From IMG/VR virus record IMGVR_UViG_3300032225_000030, positions 1 through 31,252 of that record: a stretch of DNA of 31,252 nucleotides, one strand, 5' to 3'. The notes below the pieces were generated by a model. The model was not told the DNA's origin, did no database searches, and saw only the letters and a program-made list of their open reading frames with translations. This DNA is from a virus (taxonomy: Duplodnaviria; Caudoviricetes). A program made the translations under genes and the position numbers. Numbering within the stretch: the stretch's first letter is position 1; the number at the start of each line of letters is the position of its first letter. Positions 8,235 through 17,086 of this stretch are shown in pieces.

Positions 8235-8887
8235 TGGCGACACGTACATTCCTCTCACTAGCTCAACGGCTTTTGCCAAGTGTGCCGGGATGTCCGCAGC
8301 CCGTGATTGAACAATACATTCGTGACTCTGCGATTGAGTCGTGCGAGAAGACTCTTGCATGGCGCTATCAGCAGTTTCCAATTCGCTTGACCCCCGGGGT
8401 CTATGAGTATCAGTATGACAACCCAGCACAAACTGAGGTTCATGCGTTCTTGACTGCGTCAGTAAATGGTCAGCAGATACAGCCAGTCACACTAGAAGAT
8501 ATTCACAGACGTTACCCCGACTGGCCTAATCTTGACCCGACTAAACAGTCTGACCCACGATTCATATTCCAGTTAGACCCTGACAATCTATCTGTTGCGC
8601 CTATTCCTGATGCCCTTCATACGTATGACCTGAATATGGTCGTAGCGTTGAAGCCTTTGCGCTCTGCCTCAGGGATGGACAAGACTGTGTTTGACGACCT
8701 AGAGAACGTCATCATGCACGGCGCGTTGCAGTATCTACTGGTTCTGCCTAACAAGAATTGGACTGACCGAGAGTTAGCCACTTACCATGCCAAGCAGTTC
8801 ATATCAAAAACAACAGAGCGTCGTGCTCGCTCGAACATTGGTGCAGGTCGTGCCTCAGTGTTCGTAAGACAACGCCCATTCGCGTGA
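8234..8887 (+). CDS. Second adaptor / tail-tubular-A-like protein
   Basis: PSVPGCP..VI...IRDSAIE.CEKT..W, VAPIPD, I.HGAL..L...P...WTD pattern; helix-beta-helix layout like 7590. Confidence 0.6.
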   Translation: MATRTFLSLAQRLLPSVPGCPQPVIEQYIRDSAIESCEKTLAWRYQQFPIRLTPGVYEYQYDNPAQTEVHAFLTASVNGQQIQPVTLEDIHRRYPDWPNLDPTKQSDPRFIFQLDPDNLSVAPIPDALHTYDLNMVVALKPLRSASGMDKTVFDDLENVIMHGALQYLLVLPNKNWTDRELATYHAKQFISKTTERRARSNIGAGRASVFVRQRPFA

Positions 8888-8894
8888 GGACATT

Positions 8895-9230
8895 ATGGCA
8901 ACAGACGTTATCCGATTAACAGCAGGCGACGACAAGCCGCTTATCGTTGTGACGCTGACGGATGACCTTACTGGTCAGCCTATTGACTTGTCTTTGTCGA
9001 CAACAGTGGTCTCCGTTAAGTTCCGCAAAGCAGGTACTACAACGCTACTTTCAACAATTTCTTGTTCAAAATTGAGCGGCGGTACTACTGGACAAGTGCA
9101 ATTTGGCTTTTCTGGTGGCGTGCTTAATGTAGACCCCGGCATGTATGAGGGGCAGATTGTTGTCAACTTTAACGGTGATGACCAGAGTGTTTATGACACA
9201 CTGCGCTTTACAGTAAGGGACAAATTCTAA
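8895..9230 (+). CDS. Ig-like / BppU-N-like virion protein
   Basis: GDDKPLIVVTLTD...PIDLS...GQVQF...PGMYEGQIVV beta-sandwich pattern; GAGGA RBS. Confidence 0.55.
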   Translation: MATDVIRLTAGDDKPLIVVTLTDDLTGQPIDLSLSTTVVSVKFRKAGTTTLLSTISCSKLSGGTTGQVQFGFSGGVLNVDPGMYEGQIVVNFNGDDQSVYDTLRFTVRDKF

Positions 9231-10735
9231 TGAGAATCAGAGTCTCAGCAGTTACGACAACTATCCTTGCGGTTGCTGTGTCAACCGTGGTGATGACTGT
9301 TGCCGCCGCTGGACACTCGATTACTGCATCTGTTCGTCAGTCTGGACTAGGCATCAACGCTACGGCGTTTGTTGTCCCAATGGAGTACTTGGAAGAACAG
9401 ACAGTCATCATGTCAGACTTCCGGTATTTAAACTTTGGTAAAGGTATTGTTGACCCAACAGATTCTGTAGAACCAACTGAACAGATTGCATTTGCTCCTA
9501 CTAAGGTATTGACCGACTCGGTCACGATGTACGATGTGGTCTACAAGGATGTCACTGAAGTTGTTGACTACGACCGCAATGACGCAGACGTTGACCCAGA
9601 CCCAGTTACAGCTTCCGATACATTAAACCGTGATATAGGGAAAACCCTAACTGATTCATCTACTGCATCTGACTCTGCACCTATATTTGCGCAAAACAAA
9701 ACAACAACTGATACAGTCACTGCGTCCGACACAGTCAACACCAAAGATGTTGGTAAAGCCCTTACGGACACCGCTACAGCATCCGACGCGTCGCCAGTGT
9801 TTAACGCCTCCAAAGTTGTTGCTGATAGTGTGTCAATGGTAGAAGCAGCAGCGCTCAACGTAGACAAGGGCAATATTGCTGAGACTGTTACAGCTACAGA
9901 CTCTCCATCCCTACAACCTGACCTTGCTAAGACTGACTCTGTCACTACAGCAGATACACTGAATTTATTTGATATAGGTAAAAACCCTAGTGAAACAGTG
10001 ACCGCTTCTGACACGGTGAACTCCTTTGCCGTCCAGACTGTATTGACAGACTCAGTCACCATGACCGATGTAATCTACAAAGATTTCAGCGAGATGGTTG
10101 ACTATGACCGTAACACGGCAACGGCTGACCCAGACCCTGTCACAGTGGCAGATACAACGGCTATCACGTTCACAACTTCAAGGTCTGATAGCGCAACGGC
10201 ATCTGATTCTGTTGCTTTAAACCCTAATACAGTTCAAACTGATAGTGTTACGAGTAGCGACTCTGCCCCTGTGTTCTTGGTAAGTTCAGCCTATTCTGAA
10301 GCAGTAACGGCATCTGATTCTGCTCCTTTATCTCCGGGTAAAGTTACAACAGACACTGTTACGGCTTCTGATACAACCCCCGTATTCTTAATAAGCCCAG
10401 CCTACTCTGATACGGCAACAGCATCTGATAATGCTCCTGTGTTCACAATGGCTCAAGTGCTTACTGATTCAGCGACTATGGGAGATTCCATATCGCTTAC
10501 TGTACTTTTAGGCCAAACATCGCCACTGTACGATTTTGCATTTATGTCCGATGATAAGTTTACGTACTTCGCTGTGCCGGGTACAATTAACTCTCATCAG
10601 GTGCATCAACCCCTTGTAAACGGTGAATTTGTACTTGCGGTAGACCCCAATGCTGGTATCGTCTATACGATGCGCACGGAGTCTGCTGAATACACGTTTA
10701 ACGGGTACGGCATCAACTCTAACCAACTCAACTAA
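9230..10735 (+). CDS. Asp/Thr/Ser-rich repeat fibre or spike protein
   Basis: Many ~19-aa repeats with core (D/E)(S/T)(V/A)T(A/M)SD; TAATG coupling to 8895. Confidence 0.7.
   Translation: MRIRVSAVTTTILAVAVSTVVMTVAAAGHSITASVRQSGLGINATAFVVPMEYLEEQTVIMSDFRYLNFGKGIVDPTDSVEPTEQIAFAPTKVLTDSVTMYDVVYKDVTEVVDYDRNDADVDPDPVTASDTLNRDIGKTLTDSSTASDSAPIFAQNKTTTDTVTASDTVNTKDVGKALTDTATASDASPVFNASKVVADSVSMVEAAALNVDKGNIAETVTATDSPSLQPDLAKTDSVTTADTLNLFDIGKNPSETVTASDTVNSFAVQTVLTDSVTMTDVIYKDFSEMVDYDRNTATADPDPVTVADTTAITFTTSRSDSATASDSVALNPNTVQTDSVTSSDSAPVFLVSSAYSEAVTASDSAPLSPGKVTTDTVTASDTTPVFLISPAYSDTATASDNAPVFTMAQVLTDSATMGDSISLTVLLGQTSPLYDFAFMSDDKFTYFAVPGTINSHQVHQPLVNGEFVLAVDPNAGIVYTMRTESAEYTFNGYGINSNQLN
9506..10156 (+). 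repeat. Diverged internal direct repeat (~117 nt at 9506-9622 and 10040-10156)
   Basis: VLTDSVTMYDVVYKDVTEVVDYDRNDADVDPDPVTASDT vs VLTDSVTMTDVIYKDFSEMVDYDRNTATADPDPVTVADT; offset 534 nt. Confidence 0.8.
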
Positions 10736-10745
10736 GGAGTGAGAA

Positions 10746-11192
10746 ATGTTTAATGACGCAATCAAAATGACGGGTAATCTAAAGCTCGTACTGACTGATG
10801 AAAACGGTAACATCAAACAGGAAGAAGAAGTAAAAAACCTAGTGGTAACAGCAGGCAAAGGCTTCATCGCTTCACGCATGAAGGATGCGACTGCAACCGC
10901 TATGACCCATATGGAAGTCGGCACAAGCTCTACTGCTGCTGCCGTTGGTGATACAGCATTGGTTGCTGCTGTTGCTAGTTCACGTGTGACGTTGACTTCA
11001 ACTACTGTGACTACCAACTCTGTTGCATATGTTGCTTCGTTCCCAGCGGGTACAGGCACTGGTGCATTGACAGAAGCAGGTCTTTTCAACGCATCTTCTG
11101 CTGGCACTATGTTGTGCCGCACAGTATTCTCAGTGATTAACAAGGGCGCAGCAGATACGCTTGGAATTACTTGGACTGTGACTGTTAACTAA
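10746..11192 (+). CDS. Virion/tail structural protein (NLVVTAG...TEAGLFN family)
   Basis: NLVVTAGK, MEVGT, GTGALTEAGLFNA...INKGAADTL.ITW motifs; AAGGAG RBS. Confidence 0.65.
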   Translation: MFNDAIKMTGNLKLVLTDENGNIKQEEEVKNLVVTAGKGFIASRMKDATATAMTHMEVGTSSTAAAVGDTALVAAVASSRVTLTSTTVTTNSVAYVASFPAGTGTGALTEAGLFNASSAGTMLCRTVFSVINKGAADTLGITWTVTVN

Positions 11193-11203
11193 GGAGTCTG
11201 GGA

Positions 11204-12523
11204 ATGGGCATTAAAGTAGCCAATAACGCAAATGCTACGTTAGCCGCTAGTATCGCTAGTTCGGCTACTAGCATCACTGTGACCTCTGGTCAGGGTGCTC
11301 GCTTCCCTACTCTTTCGGCAGGCGACTATTTCTACGCGACTCTGATTGATGTTTCCAACAACTTGGAGATTGTCAAGGTCACTGCGCGTTCAACTGACGT
11401 ACTGACTGTAACTCGTGCGCAAGAGTCAACAACGGCTCGTGCGTATAGTACAGGTGACCGCATCGAATTACGTCTTACGGCACAGACTTTTGCTGATGCG
11501 ACGACTATTACTTCACTTGAGCCACATAAAGTAAGTGACCAAGTAAATAGCTCAACTGGGTACTTTGATTTACCTAATGGTACAACTGCTCAACGACCAG
11601 CATCACCTGATAACGGAATGATGAGGTTTAATACCACTACATCTCAGTCTGAAATATATCAGAACGGAGCATGGGTACAGTTTGCTGTTACTAGTGCCTC
11701 TGCTGTCAGTTATTTGATAGTTGCAGGCGGCGGCCCCGGAGGAAATGTCTCTGGGAATAGTCGTGGTGGAGCGGGTGGTGGCGGTGCTGGTGGATTGCTT
11801 TCTGGGACTCAAGCAGTTTCTTCTTCAACTGCATACACCATTACAGTTGGAGCAGGAGGTGCAGCAACAGCTAGTCCAAGTACTGTTCCATCAAATGGTT
11901 CTCCTTCTTCTTTTTCAGCTGTTTCAACCACAGCACAGGGTGGGGGTGCAGGGGGTACGAATAACATAAATAGCCCTGCTGGTCTTGGTTATTCAGGTGG
12001 CTCTGGCGGTGGCGGTGGTGGAAATGGAACTTCAGCTTCTGGTGGTTCTGGAACTTCTGGACAAGGAAATGCTGGTGGAACTGGAGACATAGCCTCGGCT
12101 ACTTATGGCGGTGGTGGTGGCGGTGGTGGCGCTGGAGCGGTTGGTGGAAACCAAGTAACTTCAACTGCTGGCGCTGGTGGCGCTGGTTTAGCGTCAAGCA
12201 TTTCTGGTTCTAGCGTAACTTATGCAGGCGGCGGTGGCGGTGGCGGTACTGACCAATCTAGTGGAAATGCAGGAGGCTCTGGCGGAGGTGGTGCTGGAGG
12301 AAACAATGGCGCAAATGGAGTTTCTGGAACTACAAACAGAGGTGGAGGTGGCGGTGCTGGTGGCTGTGCTGGTGGAGCAGCTGGCTCAGGTGGTTCAGGT
12401 ATTGTTGTAATTTCCTATGCAAATACTTTGAAACTTGCAACAGCTACAGGTACATATTCTTTTGCCAGTACAGGTGGAAACTATGTTTATACCTTTACTG
12501 GTTCTGGAACAATTACTTTCTAA
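11204..12523 (+). CDS. Glycine-rich tail fibre / receptor-binding protein with N-terminal anchor domain
   Basis: Anchor domain, LPNGTTAQRP...GMMRFNTT linker, then YLIVAGGG...GGSGIVVISY...YTFTGSGT glycine-rich domain. Confidence 0.78.
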   Translation: MGIKVANNANATLAASIASSATSITVTSGQGARFPTLSAGDYFYATLIDVSNNLEIVKVTARSTDVLTVTRAQESTTARAYSTGDRIELRLTAQTFADATTITSLEPHKVSDQVNSSTGYFDLPNGTTAQRPASPDNGMMRFNTTTSQSEIYQNGAWVQFAVTSASAVSYLIVAGGGPGGNVSGNSRGGAGGGGAGGLLSGTQAVSSSTAYTITVGAGGAATASPSTVPSNGSPSSFSAVSTTAQGGGAGGTNNINSPAGLGYSGGSGGGGGGNGTSASGGSGTSGQGNAGGTGDIASATYGGGGGGGGAGAVGGNQVTSTAGAGGAGLASSISGSSVTYAGGGGGGGTDQSSGNAGGSGGGGAGGNNGANGVSGTTNRGGGGGAGGCAGGAAGSGGSGIVVISYANTLKLATATGTYSFASTGGNYVYTFTGSGTITF

Positions 12524-12532
12524 GGGCGCATC

Positions 12533-12886
12533 ATGGGATTAAAAATATCTAACAACGCCTACGGAACACTGAACGCTAGTATCAACAGCAGTGTGACAAC
12601 GCTTGTGCTTAACAGCGGTGAGGGTGCTCGATTCCCTACGTTGACAGCTAGTGACTACTTCTACGCCACACTGATTGATACATCGAACAACCTTGAGATT
12701 GTGAAGGTCACAGCACGTAGTACAGATACTCTAACTATTGTGCGTGCTCAAGATAGTACTACCGCACGTGCGTACAGTACGAATGACCGTTTTGAACTTA
12801 GGCCCACCGCTGTTATGTTTAGCGAATTCGCAGACAAAGCAACGACTGGTAAAGCCATCGCAATGGCAATCGTATTCGGAGGATAA
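12533..12886 (+). CDS. Stand-alone paralogue of the 11204 anchor domain ending KAIAMAIVFGG
   Basis: 69/93 identical residues (manual count) to the N-terminus of 11204. Confidence 0.8.
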   Translation: MGLKISNNAYGTLNASINSSVTTLVLNSGEGARFPTLTASDYFYATLIDTSNNLEIVKVTARSTDTLTIVRAQDSTTARAYSTNDRFELRPTAVMFSEFADKATTGKAIAMAIVFGG

Positions 12887-12889
12887 ATC

Positions 12890-13243
12890 ATGGCAGCACC
12901 AAACATCGTAAACGTAGCAACCATTACAGGCAAAACGGCGGTGCAAGCTGTCGGTACTTCGGCAACTGCAATTGTTACTAACTCGGCTGGTAGCGGTAAA
13001 GTCTTTAAAGTCAATGCACTCTATGTAGCAAACATTGATGGCACAAACTCTGCTGACATTACAATAGACCTTTATCGTTCGTCAACTGCTTACCCTATTG
13101 CGTACACAATTGCTGTTCCCGCAGATGCGTCGCTAGATGTAGTATCTAAAGCGCTTTACCTTGAAGAAGGTGATGTACTACGTTGTACTGCTAGTAATGC
13201 TAGTAGGCTTACAGCCGTTTGTTCCTACGAGGAGATTTCATAA
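12890..13243 (+). CDS. Tail-fibre-module connector protein (MAAPNIVNV family)
   Basis: MAAPNIVNV...VPADASL...YLEEGD...SYEEIS; GGAGG RBS; sits between anchor and Gly-rich gene. Confidence 0.7.
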   Translation: MAAPNIVNVATITGKTAVQAVGTSATAIVTNSAGSGKVFKVNALYVANIDGTNSADITIDLYRSSTAYPIAYTIAVPADASLDVVSKALYLEEGDVLRCTASNASRLTAVCSYEEIS

Positions 13244-14115
13244 TGGGACTTTCATCCATATGGAAACTTAGAGATACTCAACAAGGTAAAAGCGACGCAA
13301 GTTATTTGCGTCCGTATTTTATTGAGTACCTTATTGTTGCTGGCGGTGGCGGTGGCGCGTCTGACTTAGCTGGCGGTGGCGGTGGCGGTGGATATATTGC
13401 TGGGTCTACAACTGTTGCAGGTAACACAAGTTTTTCTTTAACAGTTGGTGCTGGTGGCGCAAAAGGTACAGGACGAACCAGTACTGGGTTTACAAACGGA
13501 AGTAACTCAGTTGGATTTAGCAATACTGCTATAGGCGGTGGTTGTTCTATTGGATACCGCAATGGCTTAAATGCTCCGGGTAATAGTGGTGGTTCAGGCG
13601 GCGGCGGTTCAGGTTTTGATAGCGGGTATTCAGGACTAGGAGGGTCAGGTACATCTGGGCAGGGTAATGCTGGCGGTAACGACTGGGGGCCACCTTACTA
13701 TGCAGGCGGCGGTGGCGGCGGTGCGAGTGCTGTTGGTGGAAACGCCGTTAGTGGCGGTGGCGCTGGTTCTGGTGGCGCTGGTGTCACATGGGTAGATGGA
13801 ACAACATATGCAGGCGGTGGCGGTGGCGGTACTTATAACGCGTATCCCGTAACCCCTGCTCCCGGTGGCACTGGTGGCGGTGGCACTGGCGGCGGTAATT
13901 CAAATAGTTGGGCTGGACAAAATGCTACTGCTAATACAGGCGGTGGTGGCGGTGGCGGAGGATATGCTGTTACCCCAATAGATGGCGGTAATGGTGGTTC
14001 TGGCGTTGTAATTGTGCGTTATGCAGGTGGGCAACGTGCTACTGGCGGAACTGTTACCACAGTTAATGGCTATACATACCACACATTCACATCGTCTAGC
14101 ACATTCACATCTTAA
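13243..14115 (+). CDS. Glycine-rich receptor-binding domain protein (290 aa; start moved to ATG 13243)
   Basis: GAGGAG at 13229-13234 and TAATG overlap; EYLIVAGGGGG...GGSGVVIVRY...YHTFTSS. Confidence 0.8.
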   Translation: MGLSSIWKLRDTQQGKSDASYLRPYFIEYLIVAGGGGGASDLAGGGGGGGYIAGSTTVAGNTSFSLTVGAGGAKGTGRTSTGFTNGSNSVGFSNTAIGGGCSIGYRNGLNAPGNSGGSGGGGSGFDSGYSGLGGSGTSGQGNAGGNDWGPPYYAGGGGGGASAVGGNAVSGGGAGSGGAGVTWVDGTTYAGGGGGGTYNAYPVTPAPGGTGGGGTGGGNSNSWAGQNATANTGGGGGGGGYAVTPIDGGNGGSGVVIVRYAGGQRATGGTVTTVNGYTYHTFTSSSTFTS

Positions 14116-14127
14116 GGAGAAAAAGAA

Positions 14128-14487
14128 ATGTCGCATTTTGCAAAAGTTGTAAACGGCATCGTGACACAAGTCATCGTTGCTGAACAAGAATTCTTTGACA
14201 CATTCGTGGACTCTAGTCCCGGCGAGTGGATTCAAACATCCTATAACACTCATGGTGGTGTTCATGCAAACGGCGGTACGCCTCTGCGTAAGAACTATGC
14301 AGGTATTGGCTTTACCTACGATGCTGGACGCGATGCGTTTATCCCACCTAAACCATATAGCAAGTGGATTCTCAATGAGACCTCATGCTTGTGGGAAGCA
14401 CCAACGCAATATCCCGGCGATGCTGAGAATCGCTACTCATGGGATGACGCTGCGGGCAACTGGGTCTTAGTGACCGATGGACAGTAG
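14128..14487 (+). CDS. Conserved small protein accompanying Gly-rich fibres (possible fibre chaperone or tip)
   Basis: HFAKV.NGIVTQVIV...WIQTSYNT...RKNYAGIG.TYD..RDAFIPPKP...CLWEAP; AAGGAG RBS. Confidence 0.72.
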   Translation: MSHFAKVVNGIVTQVIVAEQEFFDTFVDSSPGEWIQTSYNTHGGVHANGGTPLRKNYAGIGFTYDAGRDAFIPPKPYSKWILNETSCLWEAPTQYPGDAENRYSWDDAAGNWVLVTDGQ

Positions 14488-14650
14488 AAGATTACCTCTT
14501 GTCATGTTCCCAAACGGGAGTTTGGCAAGGTGTGAAGTAGTACCCGAAGGCTGTGTATTTGTGGTCGAACCAGAGCCGGAGGAAGAAGAAGTTATCACAG
14601 TTATCGACCAAACGGGGGCAGTACTAGATGGCGACGAATCACGAACTTGA
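14477..14650 (+). CDS. Hypothetical 57-aa acidic protein (not in ORF track)
   Basis: MDSRRLPLVMFPNGSLARCEVVPEGCVFVVEPEPEEEEVITVIDQTGAVLDGDESRT; fills the gap exactly, but has no clear RBS. Confidence 0.45.
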   Translation: MDSRRLPLVMFPNGSLARCEVVPEGCVFVVEPEPEEEEVITVIDQTGAVLDGDESRT

Positions 14651-14807
14651 AGTGCAACTTACCTCGCATGAGGCAGTTTGTGCTGAAAGATACCAAACAT
14701 TTATCAAGCGGGTTGACCGTTTGGAAATGCTTCTAATCAAAACTGCTGGTGTGCTGATAGTTGGCATGGGCGGTATTGTAGTAACTATTCTTATGAAAGG
14801 GATTTGA
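14628..14807 (+). CDS. 59-aa single-TM membrane protein, HEAVCAERY family (possible holin or lysis regulator; not in ORF track)
   Basis: MATNHELEVQLTSHEAVCAERYQTFIKRVDRLEMLLIKTAGVLIVGMGGIVVTILMKGI: coiled coil plus C-terminal TM; GGGGG upstream; ends 1 nt before next ATG. Confidence 0.75.
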   Translation: MATNHELEVQLTSHEAVCAERYQTFIKRVDRLEMLLIKTAGVLIVGMGGIVVTILMKGI

Positions 14808-14808
14808 C

Positions 14809-15033
14809 ATGGCAATGATTAAAGAAGGTAAGGAAACTTACACATCTAAAGGTGCAATGAAGAAACACGAAAGTAAGGAGTCCAAGAAAGTGGAGTCCAA
14901 AGAATCGACTAAAGGTATGCACAAAATGCCAGATGGAAAGATGATGAAAAACTCAGGCATGAACATGGGCGGCATGGTTAAAAAACCAATGGGCTACGCC
15001 AAAGGTGGCATGGTCAAAGGCAAGAAGTGCTGA
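14809..15033 (+). CDS. Small Lys/Met-rich protein with two xxxGGMV motifs
   Basis: KGAMKKHESKESKKVE..., HKMPDGKMM, GMNMGGMV, GYAKGGMV. Confidence 0.75.
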   Translation: MAMIKEGKETYTSKGAMKKHESKESKKVESKESTKGMHKMPDGKMMKNSGMNMGGMVKKPMGYAKGGMVKGKKC

Positions 15034-15045
15034 TGAGGTGATGGT

Positions 15046-15711
15046 ATTGACCCCCTTACCTTATTGGCAATGGCTAATGCCGCTGTTGCAGCGGTAAAGA
15101 AGGGGTGTCAGCTTTACAAAGATGTTAAGAGTGCAGCAGGTAATGTTCAGGAAATTCTGGATGACTTACATGGGCAGTTTGCTGGTAAGAAATTATCTAA
15201 AGCACAGGTAACACAGTACGAGAAGGAAAAGGAACGCGTCAAAGAAATTGCCAAGGCTGACCCAAATGATGTGTTGGGTGAACTTGGACAACATCTTGGT
15301 ACTTTCTTTGATATGGTCGACCAAGTAGAGGCTTTGTTCTACGAGGAAGAAAAGAAGGCAAAAGAAGTTTATAGGGGGAATGATTCACCAAGTCGTCGTG
15401 CGTTGCAGCGAGTAATGATTCGGTCAAGACTAGAGTCATTGCATGTTGAGATGCGGGAGATGATGATTTATCAAACCCCTCCTGAACTAAAAGATTTATG
15501 GACACGCTTTGAACAGATGCGTGCCCAAATTGGAATAGAGCAAGCGGCAGCACGGAAAGAGGAGGAGCGGCAAGAAACGATTGCAAAGTACAAACGTAGT
15601 TTGTTAATCGCCAAGTGGCAAAGTAGAGCTTTGTATATTGCAGCAGTTTTAATTATGGTGCTAGAGATATGGGGTCTTCTAATCACAGTAGCGATGACAC
15701 GACGTTCATAG
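15046..15711 (+). CDS. Coiled-coil membrane protein with C-terminal TM; probable ATT start giving MDPLTLLAMA...
   Basis: In-frame ATT GAC CCC CTT ACC 5 nt after GAGGTG (15035-15040); in-frame stop at 15034; C-terminal hydrophobic helix. Confidence 0.7.
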   Translation: MDPLTLLAMANAAVAAVKKGCQLYKDVKSAAGNVQEILDDLHGQFAGKKLSKAQVTQYEKEKERVKEIAKADPNDVLGELGQHLGTFFDMVDQVEALFYEEEKKAKEVYRGNDSPSRRALQRVMIRSRLESLHVEMREMMIYQTPPELKDLWTRFEQMRAQIGIEQAAARKEEERQETIAKYKRSLLIAKWQSRALYIAAVLIMVLEIWGLLITVAMTRRS

Positions 15712-15890
15712 TTGTTCTAGTCATTTTTGCGATTGTCATTTTGTTAGCCTTGCCGTTTTGTGCGTGGATTTATTTGGAGACTATGGAGCAACGTATTATG
15801 GTGGAAACCTCGATACGAAAACTTAATAGGATGCAACAACAGTTTGAAAAGGACAAGGTAGAGAAGGAAAAAACAGAAGCTCATGACTAA
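15669..15890 (+). CDS. N-terminal TM plus coiled-coil protein (i-spanin-like topology)
   Basis: FIVVLVIFAIVILLALPFCAWIY followed by a charged helix; located in lysis region. Confidence 0.55.
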   Translation: MGSSNHSSDDTTFIVVLVIFAIVILLALPFCAWIYLETMEQRIMVETSIRKLNRMQQQFEKDKVEKEKTEAHD

Positions 15891-16317
15891 TGAAATTACC
15901 GCAGGCGCAAGACTGGCAGTAAAAGGTATCCGTGAAGGGTTAGAGGCTGGTAAGGAAGTCGAAGCTCTTGTAAAGGATATTGATAACTTTGCCACCAGTG
16001 AAGCCCAAGCCAGAGCCGCTATGCGGCGTAAGGCGCAGGTTGTCCAAGGTGATACAACCATTGTGAACGCTGTTGATGAGTGGCGTAGGTTGAAACAGAT
16101 TCATGACTTAGAAATGCAGCTTAAAACCGATGTAATAAAGAAACATGGGCAAGCAGAGTGGGATAAGATTGTTGCAATCAAAGAGCGGATGTTGAAGGAA
16201 AACAAAAACAACTTTGATGAATTTGGTAGGGATGTAAAAGCCCTACGTCGGTTGATGTGGTGGTGTTTTATTGCTGCTACACCTATTGCTTGGTACTTAA
16301 CTTGGGGAATTAAATGA
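15883..16317 (+). CDS. Coiled-coil protein with C-terminal TM (same architecture as 15046)
   Basis: Amphipathic N-terminal LAVKGIREG, G..EWDKI motif, C-terminal LMWWCFIAATPIAWYLTW. Confidence 0.7.
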   Translation: MTNEITAGARLAVKGIREGLEAGKEVEALVKDIDNFATSEAQARAAMRRKAQVVQGDTTIVNAVDEWRRLKQIHDLEMQLKTDVIKKHGQAEWDKIVAIKERMLKENKNNFDEFGRDVKALRRLMWWCFIAATPIAWYLTWGIK

Positions 16318-16673
16318 TTGAAAGATTTGTGGGGCTGCTCCTAACTAGCCGCAACATTGCGCACAAAGACCATTGGGCAACTACCAGTTTTGCTGAGCAC
16401 ATGACCCTCAACACTTTTTATGATGGTGTTCTTGAGTTGACTGATAGCCTAGTTGAGATGTATCAGGGTCGAAATGGCAAACTTAAAGCTATCCCCATCA
16501 TTGATGAACCTGCTACGGGTAATCCCTTAGAGACATTGATTACCCACTTGAAGTGGTTGGAAGACACCCGTTACTCAGTTGTACCTAAAGAAGATACTGC
16601 TATACAGAACCAGATTGATGAGATTGTGGGTCTGTACCTATCAACCATCTACAAACTAAGGGAGTTGCACTAA
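16314..16673 (+). CDS. Ferritin/Dps-like four-helix protein (DUF5856-like)
   Basis: AHKDHW.T.SFAEH..L..FYD....LTD.LVE..QG: His/Asp/Glu spacing of a Dps-type ferroxidase site; IDEI......TIYKL C-terminus. Confidence 0.7.
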   Translation: MIERFVGLLLTSRNIAHKDHWATTSFAEHMTLNTFYDGVLELTDSLVEMYQGRNGKLKAIPIIDEPATGNPLETLITHLKWLEDTRYSVVPKEDTAIQNQIDEIVGLYLSTIYKLRELH

Positions 16674-17086
16674 TGTTTCCACTCGGCGCACTACTAGATA
16701 TTGGCGGAAAGATTCTTGATAAAGTCTTTCCTGACCCTGCTCAGGCAGAACAAGCAAAACTGAAACTGTTGGAAATGCAACAGAACGGCGAGTTGGCGAA
16801 GATGAACGCTGACGTAGCTGAGGCTCACGAGTTGACTGCTCGGTTAGAAGCTGACATGGCGTCTGACTCTTGGCTATCCAAGAACATTCGCCCAATGACT
16901 TTGATTGCCATCCTTGCTGGCTATTTCATCTTTGCGTTCATGTCTGCATTTGGCATGAATACCAATGAAACTTACGTACAACTTCTTGGACAATGGGGTA
17001 TGCTTATCATGTCTTTCTATTTTGGTGGTCGTACATTAGAGAAGATTATGGATATGCAACAGAAGAAGAATGAGGATAAGAAATGA
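16673..17086 (+). CDS. Holin (3-TM, GTA-holin-like)
   Basis: GKILDKVFPDP...WLSKNIRP...TM...FYFGGRTLEK signature; directly upstream of endolysin. Confidence 0.82.
   Translation: MFPLGALLDIGGKILDKVFPDPAQAEQAKLKLLEMQQNGELAKMNADVAEAHELTARLEADMASDSWLSKNIRPMTLIAILAGYFIFAFMSAFGMNTNETYVQLLGQWGMLIMSFYFGGRTLEKIMDMQQKKNEDKK

Noticed and set aside
11720-14030. GGCGGT runs as CRISPR, DGR or contingency repeats
   Set aside because: In-frame poly-Gly codons. No spacer periodicity, no adenine-specific TR/VR pair, no reverse transcriptase in window.
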